Source: an uncultured Planctomycetota bacterium
GTDB taxonomy: Bacteria; Planctomycetota; Brocadiia; JAADGH01; CAYPFP01
Assembly: GCA_964409935.1 (NCBI GenBank)
Contig: CAYPFP010000001.1
Coordinates: 30,331-94,330, forward strand
Reading direction: 5' to 3'
DNA length: 64,000 bases
Position numbers and translations under genes: made by a program. Of this stretch, positions 1-8,076 are shown in pieces; position 1 is the first letter of the stretch; each line of letters begins with the position of its first letter. Below the pieces are notes generated by a model that ran no database searches, was not told the DNA's origin, and saw only the letters and a list, made by a program, of their open reading frames with translations.

Positions 1-321
1 AGGTAAGCGAACATCGAGACTTCCGCCTCGCGGCGGTTAAGCTTGTACTTCTCGACGAAGAACTCCACGATAGCCTGCACCGTGCGCTTGCCGTTGCACT
101 GGTCCCAGACAGCCGTGCCGATCTTGTCGAGGGCCACCTTTTTCTCGTCGGGCATGTTCAGGATCGTCGCCAGGAAGTTGGCCCACCAAGATCTTCTACG
201 AGGGATGGTAATGACGACATTACCCTCATCGTCGCGGCGAACCTTGAGGTTCTTGTTCCGGACGGGCCGCGCCGCCATGGACTGCTCGCGACTAAGGGTC
301 TGCTTTTTTCGACCGAACATC
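1..321 (-). CDS. PqqD-family protein (RiPP recognition element-like), 3' end beyond window edge
   Basis: Reverse-strand translation from ATG at 321 (alt ATG 278) gives ...MAARPVRNKNLKVRRDDEGNVVITIPRRRSWWANFLATILNMPDEKKVALDKIGTAVWDQCNGKRTVQAIVEFFVEKYKLNRREAEVSMFAYL with no stop before position 1; the LDKIGTAVWDQCNGKRTVQAIVEFF...EAEVS..YL pattern matches the PqqD/RRE fold signature. The track ORF 43..681 (+) is its antisense. Confidence 0.55.
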
Positions 322-355
322 GGCACCGTCCGCCACCTGTCCTTGCCCGAACGCA

Positions 356-1255
356 CTAATGACAATACACCAGGTCCACATTGTTTTCAAGCGCATTCTT
401 CATGCTCGCCGGACCGACAACACGGAAAACGAAGATCTTGTCCGACGTTTCGCAATACCAGAGGCGGCAATGAAGGAACCAAGGACGCAGAATCAGCCGG
501 AAGACGCGAAGACGAAGTTTGTAGCGCCCCGTGTAGACAAGAGCCGAATGACCGCGAAAAGTGTCCTTGGTTCGTTCCACGACAAAATCCCGGAAAAGCT
601 TCGGCAAGGCCTCGTCCATCCACATTTCGAGCGTACGGTCTTTCAGAACCATGTGGGCCAGGGCCGCGCGCGCCACCATGATCTGGGAGCCTCTATGGGC
701 GAAGTCAAAACGAAGGCGGCCGGTTTTCAACTCGAAGGTGGAAAGACGGTAGCCCTCCGGCACGTCGAAACAAAGACCGTAGAGATTCCAGCGGCTCTTG
801 CCGTCGGCAGGATGGTCGCGGAGCGACTGAAAGATGCGGGCCGCGGTCTCGTGCAGCGGCCCGCGATCATCACCCGCAAATACGCGCAGGATCATGACGC
901 GCCCGCATTCCCCACAGCGCGAGACCAGACCCGCCGCCTCGATGTGGTTCTTGTAGGAGAAGAACTCGTATTCCTCAAAAGGCAGACCGGCCAGAGGCAA
1001 ACGCCGCTCCACGCGAAGCTCCTCCCTCGACTTGCGCGCCTCCCTGGTGACGAGCTTAATATGCTTGTCCACCGTGCCGGCCAGCAGGACGCGCCGGCGC
1101 GGACGCTCCCAGCGGATTTCGAGTCGCGGACCGCGCACATCATCGAGGCGCACGTAGCCCTTGTGGTAAGAACCCTCGATGTGCGTAGGGTCCCAGTCGG
1201 CGGGGACCTGACACCTGACATCATGAAGACCAAACTCAGTCCATTCCGTTTTCAT
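356..1255 (-). CDS. hypothetical protein (about 300 aa)
   Basis: ORF 356..1348 (-), probable start MKTEWTEF at 1255; balanced amino-acid composition versus the R/A/L-rich overlapping plus-strand ORF; contains a CGECG motif; sits directly upstream of the PqqD-like gene on the same strand. Confidence 0.45.
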   Translation of the reverse strand: MKTEWTEFGLHDVRCQVPADWDPTHIEGSYHKGYVRLDDVRGPRLEIRWERPRRRVLLAGTVDKHIKLVTREARKSREELRVERRLPLAGLPFEEYEFFSYKNHIEAAGLVSRCGECGRVMILRVFAGDDRGPLHETAARIFQSLRDHPADGKSRWNLYGLCFDVPEGYRLSTFELKTGRLRFDFAHRGSQIMVARAALAHMVLKDRTLEMWMDEALPKLFRDFVVERTKDTFRGHSALVYTGRYKLRLRVFRLILRPWFLHCRLWYCETSDKIFVFRVVGPASMKNALENNVDLVYCH

Positions 1256-1290
1256 GGAAGCGCCAGCCCGAAGCCCCAAGAGAAACGACG

Positions 1291-3090
1291 CTACGCCCGC
1301 GGGAGACCCGCCCGGAAATTCCCGACCGCTTCCGAGACACGCAGGCAACGGTTGTAGATGCGAAGCGACTTAACCGCGGGAGCAATGCGCAGCGCCGCGT
1401 CGCCGTTGGGGCCGCGGAAATGCGGGTTCAGACGCCCCCAACCGAACTGGCGGAACTCACCGCCGTCGCACAGGCGGCCATCCACCACGAACAAAATAAC
1501 CTTCGGCCCGCCGTCCACCATGACGGCGACATGGTGCGGCTTGCCGGCTTCAAGGAGGCCGGGGTCGCAGTCCCAGCAGTTCTCGGTGCGGCCGTCGTTG
1601 AGGACAAGGGCCACGGTCTTGCGACTGGTCGTCTGCAGGCAGAAGCCGCGGCCGTTTTCGGTGCGGTTATCGAGGAGAATCTGCCCCGCGACGAGGGAGT
1701 CGAGCTGGAGGCGCAAGTCGAGCGCAAAGCCCGCGCGCAGGTCTTTCGTACCGTAGTCCGGGCGCGCTCCGTCCCGCGCGCAGAAGTCCGACAGTTTGGG
1801 CATCGGCGCGGCGGCCGGCATGGATTGGCCGGACGGAGGGAGCGTCAACACAGCGCCGGCGGCCAGGCCGGCGTTCTCGAACTGGTTCCAGAGACCTTCA
1901 AGAAGGACCGGATCAAGCTCGTGGACACGCGCGAGATTCTTCTGCGTCTCGGTGATGAAATAGCGGCCCCCGTCCTCGATCAAATCAGGGTAGCTCATGC
2001 GGATGAACGGGTCGTCATCGTAGAGGACGATCTCGGGTTGGGACCAGCGGATGATTTTTCCGGCCGGGGAATCGGCCTCGATGCCGCCGCACAGCCAGGC
2101 GGGATTCCGATCGTTGTAGGGAAAGCCGGCGTCCCTCGCCTCGCGGACGAAACGGCCGCCGTGATTGTGGAACCAGTACAGGTACTTGCCGTTGGAACAC
2201 CTCCAGACAAAGTTCGCGGCGCGGGGATGTTTCATCAGACGGCCGTCCGCGTAACGCTTGTACTGCGGGACGTCCCAGGTGCGGCCGGCGTCGCGGCTGT
2301 AGGAGAAGGCAGGATGACCGTCAACGGTGCGGTAGACGCAGTAGAAGGAACCGCAACTCAGCACGGCGAAGCTCTGCTCCTCGGCGACAGGCCCGCCGCC
2401 GGGAGGGGTGCGCAGACCGGCGTCGCCGTCGGGGAGGGTCTCCCACGTGATCTTCTGCGGGTCGCGTTCGGCGAGGATGTTCGCGCTCTTCAGAAGGACA
2501 CCCTCCGAACGCGTGAAAAATCCGTGGCCGAAACCGCCCACCTTGTGAAGCGGCACGAATGCGATGCCCCCGTGAACGAACGGCTTGCCGACGTTCCAGA
2601 AAAACTTGACCTTTCCCCCGTAGACGTTCTCGCGGTCAATGGCCATCTCGCGGATGGGGATTTCCGTACGGCGCATTGACCAGGAACGACCGCCGTCGTC
2701 GCTGTACTTGAAGACGAAATGACCCAGCGAATCCACACGCCTGCACTTGCCGCCTTTGAAGGGCGGGTCGTCGGCGGCCACTTCGCGCATGTTGTCGGTG
2801 TTGTGGTTGTAGAAGCAGTAGATGCGCCCGCCGGGGACCTTCAGGAGGACGGCGTACGACGCTTCAGGACCATCGGCAGGCTCGACGTCCACGGGGTCCG
2901 TCCACGTCTTGCCCCGGTCGGGGCTGCTGACCGCCACAACGTGCTGGCCGCTGGCGCCTTCGACGCCCTTGCCGGTGGTCAGTACGCAAGTCCATGTCCC
3001 GTCGTCGTTAACGACGACATAAGGTTGGTCGCTGTAGTGTTCGCAGGGGATGCGGTGACCGTGAACGATGTTGCGAGGGTCGGGAGTCAT
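1291..3090 (-). CDS. BNR/Asp-box repeat sialidase-like beta-propeller protein with C-terminal LamG/concanavalin-like domain
   Basis: Three Asp-box motifs (SPDRGKTWTD, SDDGGRSWS, SRDAGRTWD); C-terminal region CDPGLLEAGKPHHVAVMVDGG...LFVVDGRL is typical of LamG lectin folds; no N-terminal signal peptide. Confidence 0.7.
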   Translation of the reverse strand: MTPDPRNIVHGHRIPCEHYSDQPYVVVNDDGTWTCVLTTGKGVEGASGQHVVAVSSPDRGKTWTDPVDVEPADGPEASYAVLLKVPGGRIYCFYNHNTDNMREVAADDPPFKGGKCRRVDSLGHFVFKYSDDGGRSWSMRRTEIPIREMAIDRENVYGGKVKFFWNVGKPFVHGGIAFVPLHKVGGFGHGFFTRSEGVLLKSANILAERDPQKITWETLPDGDAGLRTPPGGGPVAEEQSFAVLSCGSFYCVYRTVDGHPAFSYSRDAGRTWDVPQYKRYADGRLMKHPRAANFVWRCSNGKYLYWFHNHGGRFVREARDAGFPYNDRNPAWLCGGIEADSPAGKIIRWSQPEIVLYDDDPFIRMSYPDLIEDGGRYFITETQKNLARVHELDPVLLEGLWNQFENAGLAAGAVLTLPPSGQSMPAAAPMPKLSDFCARDGARPDYGTKDLRAGFALDLRLQLDSLVAGQILLDNRTENGRGFCLQTTSRKTVALVLNDGRTENCWDCDPGLLEAGKPHHVAVMVDGGPKVILFVVDGRLCDGGEFRQFGWGRLNPHFRGPNGDAALRIAPAVKSLRIYNRCLRVSEAVGNFRAGLPRA

Positions 3091-3123
3091 GTAAGTTCTC
3101 CTGGCGGTCGAGAGGCGGGGCGG

Positions 3124-4155
3124 TCAACCTTTCGGCGGGAGGTCCACGCGGGTCAAGGCGCCGATGTCGGAGGCGAAGAATGCGGAGACATTCCGGACGC
3201 AGGCGCGGGCCATGCGTTCGTTCGCCTGGCAGGTGTTCGAGCCGATGTGGGGCGTGAGCACCACGTTCTTGAGACGGCGCAAATCCTTATCGGGCGAGAC
3301 GGGAGTGTAGGGTTCGTTCTCGAATACGTCGAGAGCGGCGGCGGCGAGACGGCCGCCGGCGAGGGCATCGAAGAGGGCGGCTTCGTCGAGCACCATGCCG
3401 CGTGCCGTGTTCACGAGCAGGGCGCGGGGTTTCATGAGGGCCAGGCGGCGCGCGTCCACGAAACGTTTCGTCTCGGGGTTCGCGGGCAGGTGAATGCTGA
3501 GGACGTCGGCCTGCTTGAAGACGGAGTCCACGTTGCTGGTGTATTCCGCGATACCGGCGGAGGCCCTGAATTGGGCCGTGTCGGCGGCGAGCGTCGAGAG
3601 GGGACGCCGGCCGCAGGCGATGACGTTCATGCCGATGCCGAAATGGGCCGCGGCGGCCACGCGGCGGCCGATGCCGCCGAAGCCCAGCAGACCCAACGTC
3701 TTGCCATGAAGTTCCACGCCGGTCTGGGAGGGGAATTCGCCGAGGCGGAAACGCGCCTCCATCGCGCTGACATTTCGCGCCAGGCAGCCCATCAGCCAGA
3801 TGGCGTGTTCGGCCACGCTGATGTCGAGCGCGCCGGGCGTGTTGGTGACGATGATGTTCTTGCGGCGCGCGAGGGCCTTGTCCACGCCGTCGTGTCCGAC
3901 GCCGAAGCGGGCGATGAGCGCCCCGCGCGCGCCCTGAGCGTTCGGCAGACCGCCCGTCTTTTCCAGGGCCTCGTAAAGCGGGCCGGAGTACCGCTCGACG
4001 CCGACGACGACGGCGCGGCAGTTCTGCGCGAGGACGGCCTGAGCCAGCGACGCCTCGTCGGCCGGGGCCGGGGTGAAGCGGAGGCCGGAAGCGGACTTGA
4101 AGACGTCTTCGCCCTTGCCGAATTCCTTCTGCGTTACGAGGACCGGCTCAGCCAT
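3124..4155 (-). CDS. D-isomer-specific 2-hydroxyacid dehydrogenase family protein (NAD-binding)
   Basis: GLLGFGGIGRRVA Rossmann motif and conserved ...LPANPETKRFV..., ...VNTARG..., ...LTPHIGS... blocks of the PGDH/GhrA family; 8-nt overlap with the upstream aldolase gene. Confidence 0.85.
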   Translation of the reverse strand: MAEPVLVTQKEFGKGEDVFKSASGLRFTPAPADEASLAQAVLAQNCRAVVVGVERYSGPLYEALEKTGGLPNAQGARGALIARFGVGHDGVDKALARRKNIIVTNTPGALDISVAEHAIWLMGCLARNVSAMEARFRLGEFPSQTGVELHGKTLGLLGFGGIGRRVAAAAHFGIGMNVIACGRRPLSTLAADTAQFRASAGIAEYTSNVDSVFKQADVLSIHLPANPETKRFVDARRLALMKPRALLVNTARGMVLDEAALFDALAGGRLAAAALDVFENEPYTPVSPDKDLRRLKNVVLTPHIGSNTCQANERMARACVRNVSAFFASDIGALTRVDLPPKG

Positions 4156-4912
4156 TTCGTTTCACCTTTTCAAGGATTCTGCGGCACCCGTGGAGGACGA
4201 ATTCGGTGTCGAGGCCGCAAGCGATAAAGCGGTAGCCCTGGTCAATGCGGCGCTTCACGTCGTCGGGGTCCATGGAGACCACATGGAGGCCCGGGGGCAC
4301 GTTGTGACGTTTGCAGGCATCGAGGATTTTCTGGAGGGCGTCGGTCATGGCGGGATGGGTCAATTCGCCGGCGCGGCCCAGAGAGGCCGACAGGTCGTAC
4401 GGGCCGATGAAGACGGCGTCAATGCCGGGCACGGAGAGGATCGAGTCGGCGTTTTCCACCGCCTTGTAGTGCTCCATCATGACGGCGACGACGACGGAGT
4501 CGTTATGGGCATTGAAATAGGGTTTGAAGTTGCGGCCAAAGTCGGCGGCCCGACAGAACGAGGAACCGCGGAAACCGACGGGCGGGAACTTGGACATGGC
4601 GACGGCCATTTGCGCCTCCTCGCGGGAGTTCACGAAGGGGACAATGATGCCGTTGCCGCCGTTGTCGAGGACGTGTTTGGCCAGGACGGGGTCGCACGAG
4701 TGCAAGCGCGCCAGCAGGTCCACGCCCGTGCCCTTGAGGGCCAGGGCGATCTCGTGGAAGGCTCGCACGTTCGTGGAGGTGTGCTCCATGTCCACGGCGA
4801 TCCAGTCGAAGCCCTCGCCGGCCATGAGTTCGGCGACGGTGGGGTGTCCGATCATCATCCAACCGCCCAGAGCGGGTTCGCCCTTGCGGAGTTTCTCCTT
4901 GGTTCTTCCCAT
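4148..4912 (-). CDS. HpcH/HpaI family 2-keto-3-deoxy-acid aldolase
   Basis: 254 aa with GWMMIGHPTVAELMAGEGFDWIAVDMEH... and ...VFIGPYDLSASLG... blocks typical of HpaI/GarL-type class II aldolases. Confidence 0.85.
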   Translation of the reverse strand: MGRTKEKLRKGEPALGGWMMIGHPTVAELMAGEGFDWIAVDMEHTSTNVRAFHEIALALKGTGVDLLARLHSCDPVLAKHVLDNGGNGIIVPFVNSREEAQMAVAMSKFPPVGFRGSSFCRAADFGRNFKPYFNAHNDSVVVAVMMEHYKAVENADSILSVPGIDAVFIGPYDLSASLGRAGELTHPAMTDALQKILDACKRHNVPPGLHVVSMDPDDVKRRIDQGYRFIACGLDTEFVLHGCRRILEKVKRNG

Positions 4913-5012
4913 AGCGCGGGTCTCCTGAACGCCTGTGTAGTTCGTTTTGGGAGAGGATAGAGTACCAACTGAAGCCCGTCCTTCTCAACACAAATACGCC
5001 GTCCAATTTTCT

Positions 5013-5041
5013 TTGACAGGTTTTCGGGCCTCTGATATTAT
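5013..5041 (+). promoter_or_regulatory. sigma70-like promoter TTGACA-17-TATTAT upstream of Gfo/Idh/MocA gene
   Basis: TTGACA at 5013-5018, 17-nt spacer, TATTAT at 5036-5041; 86 nt upstream of ATG 5128; lies in a divergent intergenic region. Confidence 0.4.
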
Positions 5042-5127
5042 GCGGGCGGCGTTCGCGAGGAGGTTTCCCCTCTTGGGGGGCTTGCAGGCGCGGCGGCCAG
5101 AAGGCCATATTTTGAAAGGGAAGAGCC

Positions 5128-6165
5128 ATGATTCGATGGGGTGTGATTGGAGCTTGCGGAATCGCAGACCGCCGGACCATTCCCGAGGGCTTCATGCCTG
5201 CCGAGAACGCCGAACTGGTCGCCGTCATGGACGTGGACGCCGAACGTCTCGAAGCCGTGGCGAAGAAGTACAACGTTCGCTCGTACGTCAGCTCGTCGGA
5301 TCTGTGCGCGGACCCGGACGTGGACGCCGTGTACATCGCCATCCCCAGCCATCAGCACTGCAAGGAGACGGTGAAGGCGGCGGAGGCCGGCAAGCACGTG
5401 CTGTGCGAGAAGCCGATGGCGATGACGCTGAGCGAGGCCGAGCAGATGATTGACGCCTGCCGCCGCGCCAAGGTGAAGCTGGGGCTGGGCTACATGATGC
5501 GTTTTCATCCGCTTCACGTGAAGCTTAAGGAGATGGTGAAGGCAGGCCAACTGGGCAAGCTGGTGATGGGCCGCGCGCAACTGACCTGCTGGTATCCGCC
5601 CATCAAGGGGGCATGGCGGCAGGACCCGGCCATGGGCGGCGGCGGTTCGTTCATTGACATGGGCACGCACTGCATTGACGTGCTCGAGATGTTCATGGGC
5701 AAGGTGGCCCGGGTGCAGGCCTTCACGAACCGTCTCGTCCAGGGGTATCCCGTGGAGGATACGGCGCTGGTGTCGGTGGCGTTCCGCTCGGGCGGGGTGG
5801 GCGTGGTGGACAATCACTTCAACGTGCCGGACGAAGCGGTTCTGAATGTTCTCGAACTCTACGGTTCGAAGGGCAGCGCGCTGGCGGAGGGGACCATTGG
5901 GCAGATGTCCATGGGCAAGATGATCGCGCGCGTGCAGGCCGAGGCGAAGGGCTACGCGGCCGCCCAGCAGCGCGCGGCGGTGCAGCCCGTCGAGGTCTTC
6001 GGCGAACCGCGGAATATATATCAGGCCGAGGTCGAGGAGTTCTCGCGCGCCATCGAGGAGGATAAGACCCCGCCCATATCGGGCGAAGAGGGGCTTTGGA
6101 ACCTTCGCATCGCCCTGGCCGCCTACAAGTCCGCGCGGACCGGTCAGGTCGTGGAACTGGACTAG
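5128..6165 (+). CDS. Gfo/Idh/MocA family oxidoreductase
   Basis: N-terminal IRWGVIGACGIA Rossmann motif, EKPMAMTLSEAEQM block, 345 aa; ATG verified at 5128. Confidence 0.9.
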   Translation: MIRWGVIGACGIADRRTIPEGFMPAENAELVAVMDVDAERLEAVAKKYNVRSYVSSSDLCADPDVDAVYIAIPSHQHCKETVKAAEAGKHVLCEKPMAMTLSEAEQMIDACRRAKVKLGLGYMMRFHPLHVKLKEMVKAGQLGKLVMGRAQLTCWYPPIKGAWRQDPAMGGGGSFIDMGTHCIDVLEMFMGKVARVQAFTNRLVQGYPVEDTALVSVAFRSGGVGVVDNHFNVPDEAVLNVLELYGSKGSALAEGTIGQMSMGKMIARVQAEAKGYAAAQQRAAVQPVEVFGEPRNIYQAEVEEFSRAIEEDKTPPISGEEGLWNLRIALAAYKSARTGQVVELD

Positions 6166-6220
6166 TGCCGTTCCAACTTGTTATCTGGAAGGCCAGGGCC
6201 AGCCCCGGCTTCCGGGGGCC

Positions 6221-6249
6221 TTGATTTGGGCCGCAGCGGGTGCTATTAT
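6221..6249 (+). promoter_or_regulatory. sigma70-like promoter TTGATT-17-TATTAT
   Basis: TTGATT 6221-6226, 17-nt spacer, TATTAT 6244-6249, 45 nt upstream of ATG 6295 which has an aaaggag RBS. Confidence 0.35.
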
Positions 6250-6294
6250 TATTTCAACCTTGCCGGCGTCGCCGTGTCGTGAAAGGAGTCTGCA

Positions 6295-6870
6295 ATGGCC
6301 GCAAGCCGAGTCATTGTTCCTTTCGTATGGTCACTGGCGTGCATGGCATCGCTGGTGACGGCCCAGGAAGCGAAGGTTGCAGAAGGCGGCGGAGACGACC
6401 CCGTGGGCAGGGCGGCGCTCAAAGTGACGGGGATAGGGAAGGCCCCCGAATCCAAGCGGGGCACACCCCAAGGACGCCTTATGGCCGAACGCGCGGCGGA
6501 GCTCACGGCCAAACGGAATCTGGCCCTCGCCATCGGAAAGGTGACGGTAGAGGGGACGGACCGCGAGAAGAAGATTTTCGTGGACGCCTTTGTGCGGGGC
6601 GCACGCCTTACCGACAAGAAGACGAAGCCGGACGGCTCGGTCGAGGTGACCATGGAGCTGCCGCTTGCGGAGGTGGCGCGCAATTTTGCCGAGATGCAGC
6701 GCCTGGCCCTGCGGGCCGAAGAGAATCGGCACAAACTGGAGGAAGTCTTCAGGAAGACCGAGACCGACCTGCGTTCCGTCAAGGCCAAACTCAACGCATT
6801 CCAGGAAGCGGTGGCGGAGATGGAGGACCAGATCAAGCGGATGGAGACGCGGGGCGCGCGCCCCGAATGA
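6295..6870 (+). CDS. LPP20/FlgP-like lipoprotein with C-terminal coiled coil
   Basis: Signal peptide MAASRVIVPFVWSLACMASLVTA; the block LKVTGIGKAPESKRGTPQGRLMAERAAELTAKRNLALAIGKVTVEG...RGARL...DGSVEVTMEL matches the LPP20/FlgP domain pattern; C-terminal heptad-rich region. Confidence 0.55.
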   Translation: MAASRVIVPFVWSLACMASLVTAQEAKVAEGGGDDPVGRAALKVTGIGKAPESKRGTPQGRLMAERAAELTAKRNLALAIGKVTVEGTDREKKIFVDAFVRGARLTDKKTKPDGSVEVTMELPLAEVARNFAEMQRLALRAEENRHKLEEVFRKTETDLRSVKAKLNAFQEAVAEMEDQIKRMETRGARPE

Positions 6871-6893
6871 CCGAGGGCGCGGGAAGGCAGACC

Positions 6894-7145
6894 ATGCGGA
6901 CTGGCGGATTAATCGCAACGGCGGCGGTGGCGGCGGCCCTCTTGAGCTTCGGTTGCGGCAAGGAAGAGAAACCGGCGTCCGGCGCCGCCGGCAGTCCTCC
7001 GGCCGAGAAGAGGCAGCAGAGGATTGAGGGCCTGAAGGAGAGATTGAGCCGCCTCAAGGCGGAGATGGCGGAGCTGGAGGCCAAGACAAAGGCGGTCGAG
7101 CAGAGTTTGGAGGAGGCTCGCGGCCCGGCGGAGAAAGAGGAGTAG
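6894..7145 (+). CDS. small coiled-coil lipoprotein (83 aa)
   Basis: MRTGGLIATAAVAAALLSFGCGKEEK signal plus lipobox-like Cys, then KRQQRIEGLKERLSRLKAEMAELEAKTKAVEQSLEEARG coiled coil; only the 3' part of track ORF 6240..7145 is plausible. Confidence 0.4.
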   Translation: MRTGGLIATAAVAAALLSFGCGKEEKPASGAAGSPPAEKRQQRIEGLKERLSRLKAEMAELEAKTKAVEQSLEEARGPAEKEE

Positions 7146-7213
7146 CGTTCCCGCCGGAGACTTGCGGCGGATGACGGGCGTGCCCACGTTGGCGTATGGC
7201 CGGTTAGGTTTTT

Positions 7214-7963
7214 TTGAGGGGACTGAAGATGAGACCTTTATATGCCCTGCTGTGCCTGTGCGTCGTGTGCCACGTTCTTCCCTGCCGGATGGTTGCGGCT
7301 CAGCAACCAGGACAACCCGCGCCGGCGGCGGATATCCAGAAAGACATGGACAGCCAACGCATCAACTTCAGCTTCCAGGACCGGCCGATGGTGAAAGTGG
7401 TGCGGCAATTGCGCACGCTCACGACGATAAGCCTCGTGTACCATCCGATTCCGGACATGGACCTGCCCATCACCGTGGATCTGAACGACACCACCGTCAG
7501 GCAGGCCCTGGACGCCATCTGCAAGGCGGCCAAGCAGGACATGGACTTCGACGTCATCCAGGGGGCGGTCGTGATCGCGACCAAGTCCACGCTCATGATC
7601 CTGCGCAACAAGAAGCCGATGCTGCCCAACGAGCCGACACCCATCGAGGCCGAGGTCATCCGGCGGCTGGATGAGAAACTGGACTGCAACTTCCTGGACA
7701 TTGACTTCAAAGAGGCGGTTCAGACCCTCAGCAGCTTCGCCAAGGTGCATATTACCGCCGAGCTGCCGTACGAGAAGGACTTCCTGGGGACCATCAATCC
7801 GCTGGACCCGCCCGTCTTCCCGAAGGTCCACCTCGCCCTGGCGCGCGTGACGCTGGGCCAGGCCCTGTTCCACCTGTCGGACGTCAAGCTGAACTACGGC
7901 GTGTTCGGGAATGAGATCGTGATATCCACCAACACGGGACTGGCGCTGAGGAGGACAAGGTAA
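7214..7963 (+). CDS. secreted protein with two tandem secretin-N/STN-like domains
   Basis: Signal peptide MRPLYALLCLCVVCHVLPC; two about 75-aa repeats (INFSFQDRPMVKVVRQLRTLTTISLVY...ALDAICKAA...GAVVIATKS and CNFLDIDFKEAVQTLSSFAKVHITAE...GQALFHLSDV...EIVISTNTG) matching the secretin N0/STN beta-sandwich pattern; no secretin C-domain. Confidence 0.5.
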   Translation: MRGLKMRPLYALLCLCVVCHVLPCRMVAAQQPGQPAPAADIQKDMDSQRINFSFQDRPMVKVVRQLRTLTTISLVYHPIPDMDLPITVDLNDTTVRQALDAICKAAKQDMDFDVIQGAVVIATKSTLMILRNKKPMLPNEPTPIEAEVIRRLDEKLDCNFLDIDFKEAVQTLSSFAKVHITAELPYEKDFLGTINPLDPPVFPKVHLALARVTLGQALFHLSDVKLNYGVFGNEIVISTNTGLALRRTR

Positions 7964-8076
7964 GGCCGCGTTGCAGAGGGAGATTGCACAGAGGCGCGAA
8001 GGGCGATCAGGATGACGGCTCTTCGCGCCTTTTTTCTTCAGGTTCAAGGCGGGGCGTTCTTGATGGAGGATCAGCC

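Noticed and set aside
43-681. 212-aa plus-strand ORF (TTG start) at the left edge
   Set aside because: It is the antisense of a clear PqqD-like coding sequence on the minus strand and of the downstream part of the 300-aa gene; composition is not protein-like.
359-1357. 332-aa plus-strand ORF overlapping the 356..1255 minus gene
   Set aside because: R/A/L/P-rich composition typical of GC-rich antisense frames; the minus-strand frame has balanced composition and a sensible start.
1291-3090. Calling the BNR protein a secreted exo-sialidase
   Set aside because: No signal peptide or lipobox at the N-terminus and no clearly identifiable RIP/FRIP motif; kept as sialidase-like only.
6240-6893. 5' two-thirds of track ORF 6240..7145 (301 aa)
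   Set aside because: Arg/Gly-rich frame overlapping the well-supported LPP20-like gene; only the 3' 83 codons from ATG 6894 (signal peptide plus coiled coil) look real.
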